The position numbers and the translations under genes are program-made. Shown one piece after another: positions 49,633-58,657 of a stretch of DNA of 64,000 nt. A model generated the notes under the pieces. The model saw only the letters and a list, made by a program, of their open reading frames with translations, was not told the DNA's origin and did no database searches. The stretch is from an uncultured Candidatus Saccharibacteria bacterium (lineage in GTDB: Bacteria; Patescibacteriota; Andersenbacteria; UBA10190), in assembly GCA_964359735.1 (NCBI GenBank), contig CAYHTZ010000004.1:409-64408 (forward strand), read 5' to 3'. The stretch's first letter is position 1. Every line of letters starts with the position of its first letter.

Positions 49633-50426
49633 TTAGATACCACACCTTCGTTCTGGTAGGCAGCTGGTAGTTCTTGTCCGAGTGCTCCTTTAATGTCTAC
49701 CTCGACTAACTCGGTACGCTGTTCGCTCGTCCTATCGGGTGGGTTAGGCAAATCAACTTCCAGGGCTGTACCTCCAACTTCTTTGCAGTGATACTTGTGC
49801 GCGGTGGCGGTAAACAGGGGGCTGTACTCAAAGACCTTCACACAGTTCTTGAACGTGCCGGCGGGAACGGCGACGGTTTCAGTGACTGACTCAATGCGAG
49901 CAGCGTCTTCTGCCACACCAGCGTAATATTCTTGTCGGTATTCCAGGCCAGCTTTAGGGTTTCCGGAGAACCAGATGCCGGGCTTCGCGCCGTCTACGCC
50001 GCCTATCCAAGCGCCTTCATGGTCCTTAATTTTTCCGTTTTCATAATTATCAACGTCTTCGCCGAAGTACCAGACATCGCCCGTCATTTTATTTTGTGCC
50101 ACGTAATCGCGTGTGTCTTCCACTATCTCGCCATTTACGTACACGCGGTCCCAATACACCAGTGTTTTCACGCCCATAACGTCCTTGGTCCAGCCGGGCA
50201 CAAGAATTTCAATCCGTTCAGGCCCTTCAGGTGTCTGCGCCTCATACACCATCTTCTTGCCAATCGGTATGGAGAAGTAAGGGTTATCCACAGTGGCGGT
50301 GAAATCGGTCGGGCTAATTTGCGGGTTGTAGTCTGCCACCTCAGCTGGCTTCTTGGCTCGGCCCAGGGCGACTACAAGAATAATTACCCCTACAACTGCA
50401 ATCCCAATCGCGATTTTCTTATTCAT
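49629..50426 (-). CDS. exported hypothetical protein
   Basis: signal anchor; DNPYF, EDTRD, VWYFGE, YRQEYY, VPAGTF; start set at ATG 50426. Confidence 0.75.
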   Translation of the reverse strand: MNKKIAIGIAVVGVIILVVALGRAKKPAEVADYNPQISPTDFTATVDNPYFSIPIGKKMVYEAQTPEGPERIEILVPGWTKDVMGVKTLVYWDRVYVNGEIVEDTRDYVAQNKMTGDVWYFGEDVDNYENGKIKDHEGAWIGGVDGAKPGIWFSGNPKAGLEYRQEYYAGVAEDAARIESVTETVAVPAGTFKNCVKVFEYSPLFTATAHKYHCKEVGGTALEVDLPNPPDRTSEQRTELVEVDIKGALGQELPAAYQNEGVVSN

Positions 50427-50558
50427 TGTTCCTTTCCAGCATATCACGCTTGCTATACAAGTACATCGCGGCCGCCAACACCGCGACGCCTTCAAGCCGA
50501 AGTAGCCGTTTAACCATACGTTGTTTTGGCGGTCACGATGCCATAGTATCATGTGGTT

Positions 50559-51023
50559 ATGACCCCCGGTCGTTTTCACCTCGTTTCAGCGGTGCATCTC
50601 TTCCTGGTACGGCCGGATAATCACATTCTATTGTTGCGCCGCTACAATACTGGCTATGAAGATGGCAACTACAGCGTGGTGGCGGGACATTTAGAGGGAG
50701 GCGAGCCGGTTCGGAGCGCAGCAGCGCGAGAGGCAAAGGAAGAAGCGGGTATCGATATTAAACCGCACCATCTCTCCATCGCTCATGTTATGCATAGAGT
50801 GACTGATCACGAAAAGATTGATTGGTTCTTTGTTGCAGATCAGTGGCGGGGAGAAGTAATAAATGGCGAACCTGCCAAATGCGATGACCTTTCCTGGTTC
50901 CCGCTGGACCACCTTCCAGAAAACACAATCCCTTATATAAAATCGGCTATAGAGAGTTGGCAGGGCGGAGTTGTTTTTTCAGAGTTCGGCTGGGAGAAAG
51001 TTTATGCTGGCTCAACGCGCTGA
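50559..51023 (+). CDS. NUDIX hydrolase
   Basis: GHLEGGE...AAAREAKEEAG. Confidence 0.92.
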   Translation: MTPGRFHLVSAVHLFLVRPDNHILLLRRYNTGYEDGNYSVVAGHLEGGEPVRSAAAREAKEEAGIDIKPHHLSIAHVMHRVTDHEKIDWFFVADQWRGEVINGEPAKCDDLSWFPLDHLPENTIPYIKSAIESWQGGVVFSEFGWEKVYAGSTR

Positions 51024-51030
51024 GTATTAT

Positions 51031-51065
51031 TTTTTACTCCTATATTACGTAATATAGTAGTGTTT
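51031..51065. repeat. 35-bp intergenic palindromic repeat, copy 1
   Basis: TTTTTACTCCTATATTACGTAATATAGTAGTGTTT; 30/35 identical to 55852-55886. Confidence 0.85.
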
Positions 51066-51129
51066 GGTTCTGAGCCCGAAGTGAGAGCAGATGGATTTCT
51101 TGAGGAGCATGTAAGCCAAGAAGTCTTGA

Positions 51130-51807
51130 TTATGTAGTGCGTTGCTTTTCGTCGGCGCGGACGGTCGCACGGGTGAAGGTGCGTTTACGCCCCAGGCCGA
51201 AGAGGGAAAAGACAATGGCGGCAGCTACAACAATACAGATGACGTTGATGAAAAAGATGAGTAGGCCGTTACTCAAGATATCCCAACTGAATTGCGAGGC
51301 ACCGACGCCGGCAGTGGCCAGCGGAGGAACCAAGGAGAGAGCGATGGATACTCCCGGCAGCATGCTGCCTAAACTTTTTTTCAGGTTGCCAAAGGCGGCG
51401 GCGAGGCCGGCCAAGAAGGCGACAAAAATGATGCCGGGCGCGTAAAGCTCGCTGGCCATGGTTTCTAGGATATTGTTATTGGGCGCAATGGCGGGGTGGA
51501 AGAGCAAACCTAAAAGTACGCCGACACCCAGCGCGCAGCCGACGGCAATAAAGAGAGTGAGCAAAGAGCGGGCGATCAACGTGGGCCCGCGGATGACGAG
51601 GCCAAGAGCCAGGGTGAGCACGGGGTAGAGTACGGGCGCGATCAACATACTGCCGATGAGAACAGGAGTATCATCCAGGATCACACCAAAGGAAGCAATG
51701 GCAATAGCGAGAGTCACCATGAGAAAGAAATCATACCGCGGCGAGCTTTGGCGGATGAGCTCTGCGATGGCGTTTTCCTTGGCTGGCTGAGAAAGGGTGT
51801 TAGGCAT
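51130..51807 (-). CDS. DUF389 family membrane protein
   Basis: IGSMLIAP, LPGVSIALSLVPPL. Confidence 0.9.
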   Translation of the reverse strand: MPNTLSQPAKENAIAELIRQSSPRYDFFLMVTLAIAIASFGVILDDTPVLIGSMLIAPVLYPVLTLALGLVIRGPTLIARSLLTLFIAVGCALGVGVLLGLLFHPAIAPNNNILETMASELYAPGIIFVAFLAGLAAAFGNLKKSLGSMLPGVSIALSLVPPLATAGVGASQFSWDILSNGLLIFFINVICIVVAAAIVFSLFGLGRKRTFTRATVRADEKQRTT

Positions 51808-51864
51808 TTTTGTATAGTTGGGTAGCTTCCTGCTTTGATTGTATACTGTTCATAAGTAGAAATC

Positions 51865-52779
51865 ATGAAACTCGCATCTTTCATTGGGCTGAGCTTTGCA
51901 GTTTTTTTAGGAACAATGCCGGTCGTAGTCGCAGCGCAATTAGCTGACGCGGATGCAGACACGGTGCCGGATACTTCAGAAGCGAGTACGGCAGATACTG
52001 ATGGTGATGGCCTTACCAACAATGTAGACGCTGATGATGACGGCGATAGCGTGCCGACCAGTGAGGAAGATGTTTCCACGACTGGCGAAGCGCTGACCAC
52101 AGATTCAGACGGAGACGTTGTTCCGGATTATTTAGACCCGAATGATGACAACGACAGCACCGTGACAGTCGAGGAGACGTCAACCGCTGACAGTGACAGT
52201 GATACCGTACCCGACTATTTGGAGTCAGACAATGCGGATACGGATGGTGATGGCATAGTTAATGAACAAGACCCGGACGATGATGGAGATGGTGTGCCTA
52301 CGAGCCATGAACTTTCTGACGACGCTGAGGGCATTGTTGAGGAAGATACGGACCACGACGGGCTGCCCGACTTTCTCGATGCGGATGATGACAACGATGG
52401 CACGGCCACGGCACAGGAAGATGGTGATACGGATGAGGATGGTATACCTAATTATTTAGAATCGGGTGACCAGGACACGGATAGCGATGGCATTTCGAAT
52501 CCTGAGGATAATGATGATGATGGGGATGGCGTACTGACGGTACGCGAGCATGAGGCAGAGTCGATCGTGGAGGAGGTCCAAGAATTCATTGAGGAGATTA
52601 GGGGTGGGGGAGGCAGCGACGCCTACGATTATTTGGACGATGATGTTGACGCAGATGGTGTTCCAAGCTACCTCGACGCAGATGAGACCAAAGCGGCTAC
52701 TGATGTATCAATTGTGCGTCTCTCAGTAGCTGCGGTAATTACGGTTGTGTTAGTGTCTATCATCTGGTTCGTGTTTTGA
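51865..52779 (+). CDS. acidic surface protein with thrombospondin type-3-like Ca-binding repeats
   Basis: signal peptide, repeated DTDGDG.P[DN]YLD.DDD.DG, C-terminal TM. Confidence 0.8.
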   Translation: MKLASFIGLSFAVFLGTMPVVVAAQLADADADTVPDTSEASTADTDGDGLTNNVDADDDGDSVPTSEEDVSTTGEALTTDSDGDVVPDYLDPNDDNDSTVTVEETSTADSDSDTVPDYLESDNADTDGDGIVNEQDPDDDGDGVPTSHELSDDAEGIVEEDTDHDGLPDFLDADDDNDGTATAQEDGDTDEDGIPNYLESGDQDTDSDGISNPEDNDDDGDGVLTVREHEAESIVEEVQEFIEEIRGGGGSDAYDYLDDDVDADGVPSYLDADETKAATDVSIVRLSVAAVITVVLVSIIWFVF

Positions 52780-52828
52780 TTCTGCGGCGGACTAGTTTTC
52801 AGCTTGACGCAGGTGGTAGAGTGCAAAT

Positions 52829-53197
52829 ATGGACGACGATCAAAGGCAGCAATATGTGGTTGCGAATGAGCGGGTGAGTTCAGAGGTCAATGAGTTGTAT
52901 TTGATTCATTCTTCGTTTTTGCTGGCGAATACGGGGTTTTTGGCCGCGTTGGTGTTTAAGGGTTTTGCGGAAAATAACATAGTGCCCCTGGTTGGCGTAG
53001 TGCTATCGGCCATGTGGTTTTTAGCGCTGCATCACCAGTATCGCTACAAGAACTACTGGGCGGAAGCAGTACGCAAGCTAGAGGCGCCAGGCGGAGTATG
53101 GAATAAGGCGCCAAAAAATTCGTTTTCTCTCATGGTAACCCTGTATCTGGTGCCAATCCTCTTTGCCCTAGCGTGGTTGTATATCTTGATTTCTTGA
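52829..53197 (+). CDS. small membrane protein
   Basis: three hydrophobic segments; own promoter-like motif. Confidence 0.6.
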   Translation: MDDDQRQQYVVANERVSSEVNELYLIHSSFLLANTGFLAALVFKGFAENNIVPLVGVVLSAMWFLALHHQYRYKNYWAEAVRKLEAPGGVWNKAPKNSFSLMVTLYLVPILFALAWLYILIS

Positions 53198-53200
53198 TCC

Positions 53201-53893
53201 GTGAGAAAACAGCAGAAAATTTGGTTAGAGGAGCATGTAAGTAAGGGGGCGCTGCCGACGATGGCGGATGCGGAGCCAGCGGTTGAGGTGGTGATGTTCG
53301 CAGACTGGCTCAAAGAGAGAAATATTTTGCCGCCGGCGAAGGTCATTGATATTGGCTGCGGCAAGGGGCGCCATGCGGTATACATGGCGTCACTGGGGTA
53401 TCAAGTGTACGCGATGGATTACATCGAGGCGGCGGTTGAGGCTGCGAAGAAGTTAGCGGAGCTGAAGGTTGTTGCTGGCAAGATTACATTCCAAGTAGCC
53501 GCAATTGATAGGGAGTGGCCATTTGAGGACAACTTTTTTGATATCGCGATTGATTCCTTTTCATCAGTCGACATTGAAACGAGACAAGGAAGGGAAGTAT
53601 ATCGAGATGAGATGATGAGAACCTTGGAGCCAGGCGGATGTGCATTGGTACGAGCGGCCTCCACTGAAGACGAGTGGGAAAAGGAATTGATTGCGAAAAG
53701 CCCGGGGAAGGAACTGAACAGCACCTACTGGCCGCAAACAGGGAAGTTTCAGAAAGATTATGACGAAGCGGAGTTACGGGAATTTTACAAAGATTTTGAA
53801 ATTCTTGAGCTGAGAACGATTACAAAGCCTACCTCAAAGTTAGGAAGAAATTATACGGCCACCAACTTCTGGGTGGTTCTGCGAAAGAGATAG
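53201..53893 (+). CDS. class I SAM-dependent methyltransferase
   Basis: VIDIGCGKGRH, FEDNFFD, LEPGG. Confidence 0.88.
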   Translation: MRKQQKIWLEEHVSKGALPTMADAEPAVEVVMFADWLKERNILPPAKVIDIGCGKGRHAVYMASLGYQVYAMDYIEAAVEAAKKLAELKVVAGKITFQVAAIDREWPFEDNFFDIAIDSFSSVDIETRQGREVYRDEMMRTLEPGGCALVRAASTEDEWEKELIAKSPGKELNSTYWPQTGKFQKDYDEAELREFYKDFEILELRTITKPTSKLGRNYTATNFWVVLRKR

Positions 53894-53939
53894 TAGAGAG
53901 CGGGCTAGACAAGCGCCAGGCAGGTGATACGCTAGGGAT

Positions 53940-54269
53940 ATGGAAGCTCCAAAGACACCAACGGTAGGATCGGACAATACGAAGATCTTAGCGATCGTGG
54001 GGTATATTATTCCTGTCCTGTTCTTCATCCCACTGATTACGGAAGCGAAGAATAACCCATTTGCGAAGTTTCACGCCAATCAACAGTTAACCCTTCTGAT
54101 TTGGTACGTAATTGGCAATGTGGTGGTGATCATTCCAGTTTTGGGTTGGATTGCCTCGCCTATTATGTGGGTGATCGGTGTGGTTTTGGCAATTATCGGA
54201 ATTATTAACGCGGCCGGCGGAACTATGAAACGCTTGCCGATTATTGGAAGGTACGAGCTGCTGAAGTAG
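53940..54269 (+). CDS. DUF4870-like membrane protein
   Basis: [27 protein letters not shown]. Confidence 0.8.
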   Translation: MEAPKTPTVGSDNTKILAIVGYIIPVLFFIPLITEAKNNPFAKFHANQQLTLLIWYVIGNVVVIIPVLGWIASPIMWVIGVVLAIIGIINAAGGTMKRLPIIGRYELLK

Positions 54270-54272
54270 CGG

Positions 54273-54740
54273 ATGGCTCGAGTTCAGGAAGGCAGCAGAG
54301 AGGATTTACGACGGGGAGTCGATTTCATTGGCGTGTGCTGCGTGTTTTGGTGCCACGATGGCAAGGGAAAAGTGTTGTTGCATAAACGCAGTGCCGCGTG
54401 TCGGGACGAGCAGGGCGCGTGGGATGTTGGCAGTGGGGCAATGGAGTTCGGCGAAGATTTTGAGAGCGCGGTGCGGCGAGAGCTGAAAGAGGAGTACTGT
54501 GTAGAGCCCTTGGAAATAAAATTCTTGGTGGCAGACAACGTGCGGCGCGCGAGTGATGGTAAAAACACACATTGGGTAGCGCTTCGGTTTGCAGTGCTTG
54601 TAGATTCAAAAAAAGTGAAGATTGGCGACCCAAAGGGGATGGATGAAATTGGCTGGTTTACGCCGGACAATTTGCCTTCCCCGCTTCACAGCCAATTCAG
54701 GCGGCATTACGAGTTTGTAAAGAAGGCGGGAATCTTGTGA
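54273..54740 (+). CDS. NUDIX hydrolase
   Basis: GAMEFGE....AVRRELKEEY. Confidence 0.9.
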   Translation: MARVQEGSREDLRRGVDFIGVCCVFWCHDGKGKVLLHKRSAACRDEQGAWDVGSGAMEFGEDFESAVRRELKEEYCVEPLEIKFLVADNVRRASDGKNTHWVALRFAVLVDSKKVKIGDPKGMDEIGWFTPDNLPSPLHSQFRRHYEFVKKAGIL

Positions 54741-55318
54741 AATTGGGGAAAACGTTCTACGCGAAAGATCGGAAGGCGTGGCGGAAGTGGTTAGAAAAAA
54801 ATCATGCTAAAGCAAAAGAGATTTGGCTGATTTACTACAAACAACATATGGGCAAGCCGCGGGTGCCGTACGCGGAGGCGGTGGAAGAAGCGCTGTGCTT
54901 CGGGTGGATCGATAGCACGGTGAAGAGCATTAATAAAGATTCCTTCGCGCAGCGATTTTCCCCACGCAAAAGCAAGAGCGCGTGGTCGCAGCCGAATATT
55001 GAGCGCATGAAGCGGCTGAAAAAGCAGGGATTAATGGCACCTGCGGGGTTGGCAGCTTTCCAGCAAGGAAGCCCCACTTCGCCAAGGCTACGCGGGGTGA
55101 GCGAGCTCAAAATTACACCTGATATTTTGAAAGCGTTGAAAGCCGATAAAGAAGTGTGGAAGAATTTTCAGAAATTCCCGGGGTCGTATAAGAGAGTGCG
55201 AATAGCCTACATCGAAAGTCAGCGCCGGCACGGGAGAGAAGCCTTCCAGAGAAGTTTGCGAAACTTTATCAAGAAAACTAAAGCGAACAAGAAGTTTGCG
55301 TTTGGCGGAGTACAATAG
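54737..55318 (+). CDS. YdeI/OmpD-associated family protein
   Basis: WRKWLEKNH, AVEEALCFGWIDS, RFSPR..S.WS..N. Confidence 0.9.
   Translation: MKLGKTFYAKDRKAWRKWLEKNHAKAKEIWLIYYKQHMGKPRVPYAEAVEEALCFGWIDSTVKSINKDSFAQRFSPRKSKSAWSQPNIERMKRLKKQGLMAPAGLAAFQQGSPTSPRLRGVSELKITPDILKALKADKEVWKNFQKFPGSYKRVRIAYIESQRRHGREAFQRSLRNFIKKTKANKKFAFGGVQ
55072..55101. repeat. 30-bp palindromic element, copy in the YdeI-like linker
   Basis: CCCCACTTCGCCAAGGCTACGCGGGGTGAG; core CTTCGCCAAGGCTACG identical to the rnj copy. Confidence 0.85.
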
Positions 55319-55332
55319 AATCAAGGGAAAAG

Positions 55333-55842
55333 ATGCTTACTGAAGACGAAAAAGATTTTTTGGCGAGAATTCCAGACGACAAGATTGTAAAAGTCATGTC
55401 TTTGGATCCGCACACAAATGACGTGGCTGAAGATATTATCGCGTCGATAAGGGCGGAGTATCCCGATGTTAAAGCAGTGCATATGGGAGCCACAGGACTT
55501 GGGATATCGGGCCAAGGTGATGTTGACATATATGTTTTGGCAAATCGGGGAAAGTTTTCCTCTTTTCTGCCAGGCTTAGTTGATCTCTTTGGTAAGCCGA
55601 CGAAAGAGAAACCAGATTCTATAACTTGGGAATTTCTCGAGGATGGGTTTCAGGTGACAGTGTATCTTGCAAACGCGAATTCCGAAGCTATGAGGCGGCA
55701 ATTGGTAGTGTTCAACACACTTAAAAGTAACCCAGTGTTACTTCAGGAATATGCAGTGTTGAAAGAGTCCATGAGTGGCAAGTCCTACCGAGAATATCAA
55801 CGAGTCAAGTACGAGTTTTATCATCGGATTTTAGAGAAATAG
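55333..55842 (+). CDS. GrpB/UPF0157 family nucleotidyltransferase-like protein
   Basis: HMGAT...SGQGDVDI, EY..LK, Y...K.EF. Confidence 0.8.
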   Translation: MLTEDEKDFLARIPDDKIVKVMSLDPHTNDVAEDIIASIRAEYPDVKAVHMGATGLGISGQGDVDIYVLANRGKFSSFLPGLVDLFGKPTKEKPDSITWEFLEDGFQVTVYLANANSEAMRRQLVVFNTLKSNPVLLQEYAVLKESMSGKSYREYQRVKYEFYHRILEK

Positions 55843-55851
55843 GCTTAGGAC

Positions 55852-55886
55852 TTTTTACTCCCATATGACGTCATATGGGAGTGTTT
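55852..55886. repeat. 35-bp intergenic palindromic repeat, copy 2
   Basis: contains perfect 26-bp palindrome ACTCCCATATGACGTCATATGGGAGT (55857-55882). Confidence 0.88.
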
Positions 55887-55905
55887 CTATCTCGGTAAAA
55901 GTCGG

Positions 55906-55924
55906 TTCCACACGGGGTGTGGAA
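55906..55924. repeat. hairpin TTCCACAC-ggg-GTGTGGAA
   Basis: perfect 8-bp stem in the same convergent spacer. Confidence 0.6.
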
Positions 55925-55935
55925 TTGGGGAATAT

Positions 55936-56862
55936 TTAGTTCTCTCTTACCTGGATTACCACTTTCCCGCGGGGATGGCCGGTCTGGAGATAGGTGAGGG
56001 CTTCGCCGGCTTCCTCCAGAGGAAAAATCTTGTCGATATGAACTTTGATGGTTCCTTGGTCAACTAGTGCGGCTAGTTTTTCTAGGCGCTCGGTGGTGAC
56101 GCGCGTGTTTTGGGCGATGGCAGTTGCCCCTTGTTGCTTCATGAGAGCTTCGTTGGGCTGCTCAATCATAGAGACAACCACGCCGCCCTTTTTCAAAACT
56201 TGGAAGGAACGTGCGTATGTTTCGCCACCCACGGTGTCAAATACAGCGTCATAGTTTTGGACAACTTCTTCGAAGCGTTGCTTTTTATAATCAATAGCCT
56301 CATCGGCGCCGAGTTCTTTTACGTAGGTGAGCTCGTCTCCGGTAGCGGTGGTGGCGACGTAGGCACCGATGTGCTTGGCCACTTGAATGGCCATGGTACC
56401 GATACCCCCGGCGCCGCCGTGGATAAGAATCTCTTGGCCGGCGGAGAGTTGCATGTGTTCGGTTAGCACCTGGAGCGCGCTTACTCCCGTGAGAGGTATG
56501 GCAGCAGCTTCAAGGTGGCTTACCGCTTTAGGCTTCCTTGCAATGCTCTTGGTGGGAGCTAAAGCAAATTCGGCGAATGAACCCGACCCGCCGCCCACGA
56601 CGATGGCTTGGCCATACACTTCCTCGCCGGTTTCGACTGCCACGCCAGAAAAATCTCCGCCTAGGGTGGCAGGGAACGTAAGCGCGATTACGCTCTGCAT
56701 GTACCCTTCGCGCAGTTTCCAATCAAAAGGGTTAACTCCAGCGGCATGGACTTTGACGACAATCTTTCCCTTCTCAGGAACAGGCGGGGGTGCGTCGGGG
56801 TTGATCTCGACTGCATCAGCGCCGTATCGATTAATCTGAGCTGCTTTCATAGTTTTATTCAT
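55936..56862 (-). CDS. NADP-dependent oxidoreductase (MDR, quinone reductase-like)
   Basis: AAGVNPFD, LGGDFSG, IHGGAGGIG, GHPRGKVV. Confidence 0.92.
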   Translation of the reverse strand: MNKTMKAAQINRYGADAVEINPDAPPPVPEKGKIVVKVHAAGVNPFDWKLREGYMQSVIALTFPATLGGDFSGVAVETGEEVYGQAIVVGGGSGSFAEFALAPTKSIARKPKAVSHLEAAAIPLTGVSALQVLTEHMQLSAGQEILIHGGAGGIGTMAIQVAKHIGAYVATTATGDELTYVKELGADEAIDYKKQRFEEVVQNYDAVFDTVGGETYARSFQVLKKGGVVVSMIEQPNEALMKQQGATAIAQNTRVTTERLEKLAALVDQGTIKVHIDKIFPLEEAGEALTYLQTGHPRGKVVIQVREN

Positions 56863-57139
56863 CTTGAGTTCTCTTTTGAATCTTAATGGCTTTACCCTGG
56901 ATAAGCGCCTCAGACACTTTTTTATAGGCAGAAGAGAGAATGCGCTGGAACGTGCTTTGAGAAATTCTCATCTCGGCCGCAGCCTCAGTTTGGTCAAGGT
57001 TCTGGATGTTTTTTAACCGCAAGGCCTCGGCTTCTTCGGGAGTAATCTCAACAACTTCGGCTCGAGACTTTCCTTCTGGGGTAAAAGAGTCAAATTCCGG
57101 GCAAAAGCAGATGCGACAGTATTTTCGGGGGCGAGTCAT
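56855..57139 (-). CDS. DUF134 domain DNA-binding protein
   Basis: MTRPRK.CRI, EEAEALRL, Q.EAA.EM.ISQSTFQRIL.SA.KK. Confidence 0.9.
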   Translation of the reverse strand: MTRPRKYCRICFCPEFDSFTPEGKSRAEVVEITPEEAEALRLKNIQNLDQTEAAAEMRISQSTFQRILSSAYKKVSEALIQGKAIKIQKRTQDE

Positions 57140-57152
57140 AAAATGTTTGGTA

Positions 57153-57183
57153 GCCCCGCACCCTTTGAAGAAGGATGCGGGGC
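57153..57183. repeat. hairpin GCCCCGCACCCTT-tgaag-AAGGATGCGGGGC
   Basis: 13-bp stem with one mismatch; arm resembles the 5483 element. Confidence 0.6.
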
Positions 57184-57202
57184 GGCTGCTTAAGGCAGCG
57201 CG

Positions 57203-57361
57203 TTAGGCTTTGGCCTTCAAGGATTCTCTGACTTCTTTGATCTCTTCGAGTTGTTCTTGAAGGGCCTTCTCGTATTTGTCTAGGGCCTTGAGTTTGTCTT
57301 CTTTCGTCCACTCTCTCATACCCCAGCCTGGTCCGCAGTTGCACATGCCGTAGTGATACAT
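57203..57361 (-). CDS. 52-aa small protein (DUF5320-like), absent from the ORF track
   Basis: hand translation MYHYGMCNCGPGWGMREWTKEDKLKALDKYEKALQEQLEEIKEVRESLKAKA*. Confidence 0.75.
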   Translation of the reverse strand: MYHYGMCNCGPGWGMREWTKEDKLKALDKYEKALQEQLEEIKEVRESLKAKA

Positions 57362-57457
57362 AGGTAAAGGAAGGAATTAATGATGTAATATCGACCTTTA
57401 CCTAATGAATATATACCCGAAACTAGAAGGCGCAAGGGAATTTGGTATACTTTCGCT

Positions 57458-58657
57458 ATGAAGCGAAGTTGGCTGTGGGTGGGTGCAGTGTTACTGGTGG
57501 CAGCGGTTGGGTTGGGATGGGCGGTTAGGCAGTGGGGTGGCCGGGTGAATGGTATATCTAAGCAAGTTTTTGACCCGAGTGGCGGCAAGTGCCAGGGCAA
57601 AGGGCTAGTGATGTTTGGAACGTCTGTCTTCGAGCTCAAAAAGCTGGCTACCATTTTGCCGATGGGAGGGATGATTTATGACCACGTGACGCCCATTGAC
57701 CATGGCTACATGTTTGGGGTGGGAACGCCGAATATTCCGCCGGATACGTTTGGGATCTACGCTCCGGCGAACGGGTACGTGGTGGAAATGGCGCGCATGT
57801 TGCGTGGTGGTAAGGAAACGTTTGTGGACCATATCTTAACTATCGAATTTTCCTGCACGCACTACCTCCACCTTTCGAATATGTCGAGCTTTGCGCCGCG
57901 TCTTATTCAAGAGGCAGGGGTAGTGGTGCCCAATTCCACGCGACCGGTGCGCATTCCGGTGCGCGAAGGGGAACTCATTGCGCGCACAGGGCCGTACGGT
58001 ATTGACGTCTATGTGTGGGATAAAGATGTGAAATTAACGGGCTACATTGTGCCGGAACATTACAACGCCGAAAGCTGGAAATTGCATTCGGCAGATTTCT
58101 TCAATTATGTGAAGGAGCCGTTGAAGAGCCAATTACTTGCGAAGAATTTACGTCAAGCGAGCCCGCGCTTCGGGAAAATTGATTATGACATTGACGGGAA
58201 ACTCATTGGCAACTGGTTTAAGGTGGGGACGTACGGTTATGCGGGCAGACCCCCGAGTGAGCCGGGCGGTGGCGATTACTGGCGAGGTCACCTGGCGTTT
58301 GCGCCCGATTACCTTGACACCACGGGCTTTGTGGTCTCAATTGGCAATTGGCAGGGTCAACCTAAGCAGTTTGCAGTGAAAGGCAATACTCCCCACCCTA
58401 AAAACATCTCGGTGTCATCAGGGGTAGTGAAGTATGAACTCGTTCAGCCAGACCATGTTGTGGCCAGTACCGGGGAATTCTGGGACCGGCGTACGTACGT
58501 GAAAGGCTTGCGCTTTACACCAAATGAGCGAGCTTTTGGAGGGGTTCTCTTGGTGCAGCTTGTTGCCCCGCGGCAGCTCAAAATTGAAATGTTCCCTGGC
58601 AAAGCGGCGAATCAGGTTTCTGGGTTTAGCCAGGCGGCAATTATGTATGAGCGCTAG
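57458..58657 (+). CDS. exported hypothetical protein with degenerate M23-like N-terminal domain
   Basis: signal anchor; HVTPIDH, IYAPANG, VREGELI, GKIDYDIDGKLIGNWF. Confidence 0.65.
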   Translation: MKRSWLWVGAVLLVAAVGLGWAVRQWGGRVNGISKQVFDPSGGKCQGKGLVMFGTSVFELKKLATILPMGGMIYDHVTPIDHGYMFGVGTPNIPPDTFGIYAPANGYVVEMARMLRGGKETFVDHILTIEFSCTHYLHLSNMSSFAPRLIQEAGVVVPNSTRPVRIPVREGELIARTGPYGIDVYVWDKDVKLTGYIVPEHYNAESWKLHSADFFNYVKEPLKSQLLAKNLRQASPRFGKIDYDIDGKLIGNWFKVGTYGYAGRPPSEPGGGDYWRGHLAFAPDYLDTTGFVVSIGNWQGQPKQFAVKGNTPHPKNISVSSGVVKYELVQPDHVVASTGEFWDRRTYVKGLRFTPNERAFGGVLLVQLVAPRQLKIEMFPGKAANQVSGFSQAAIMYER

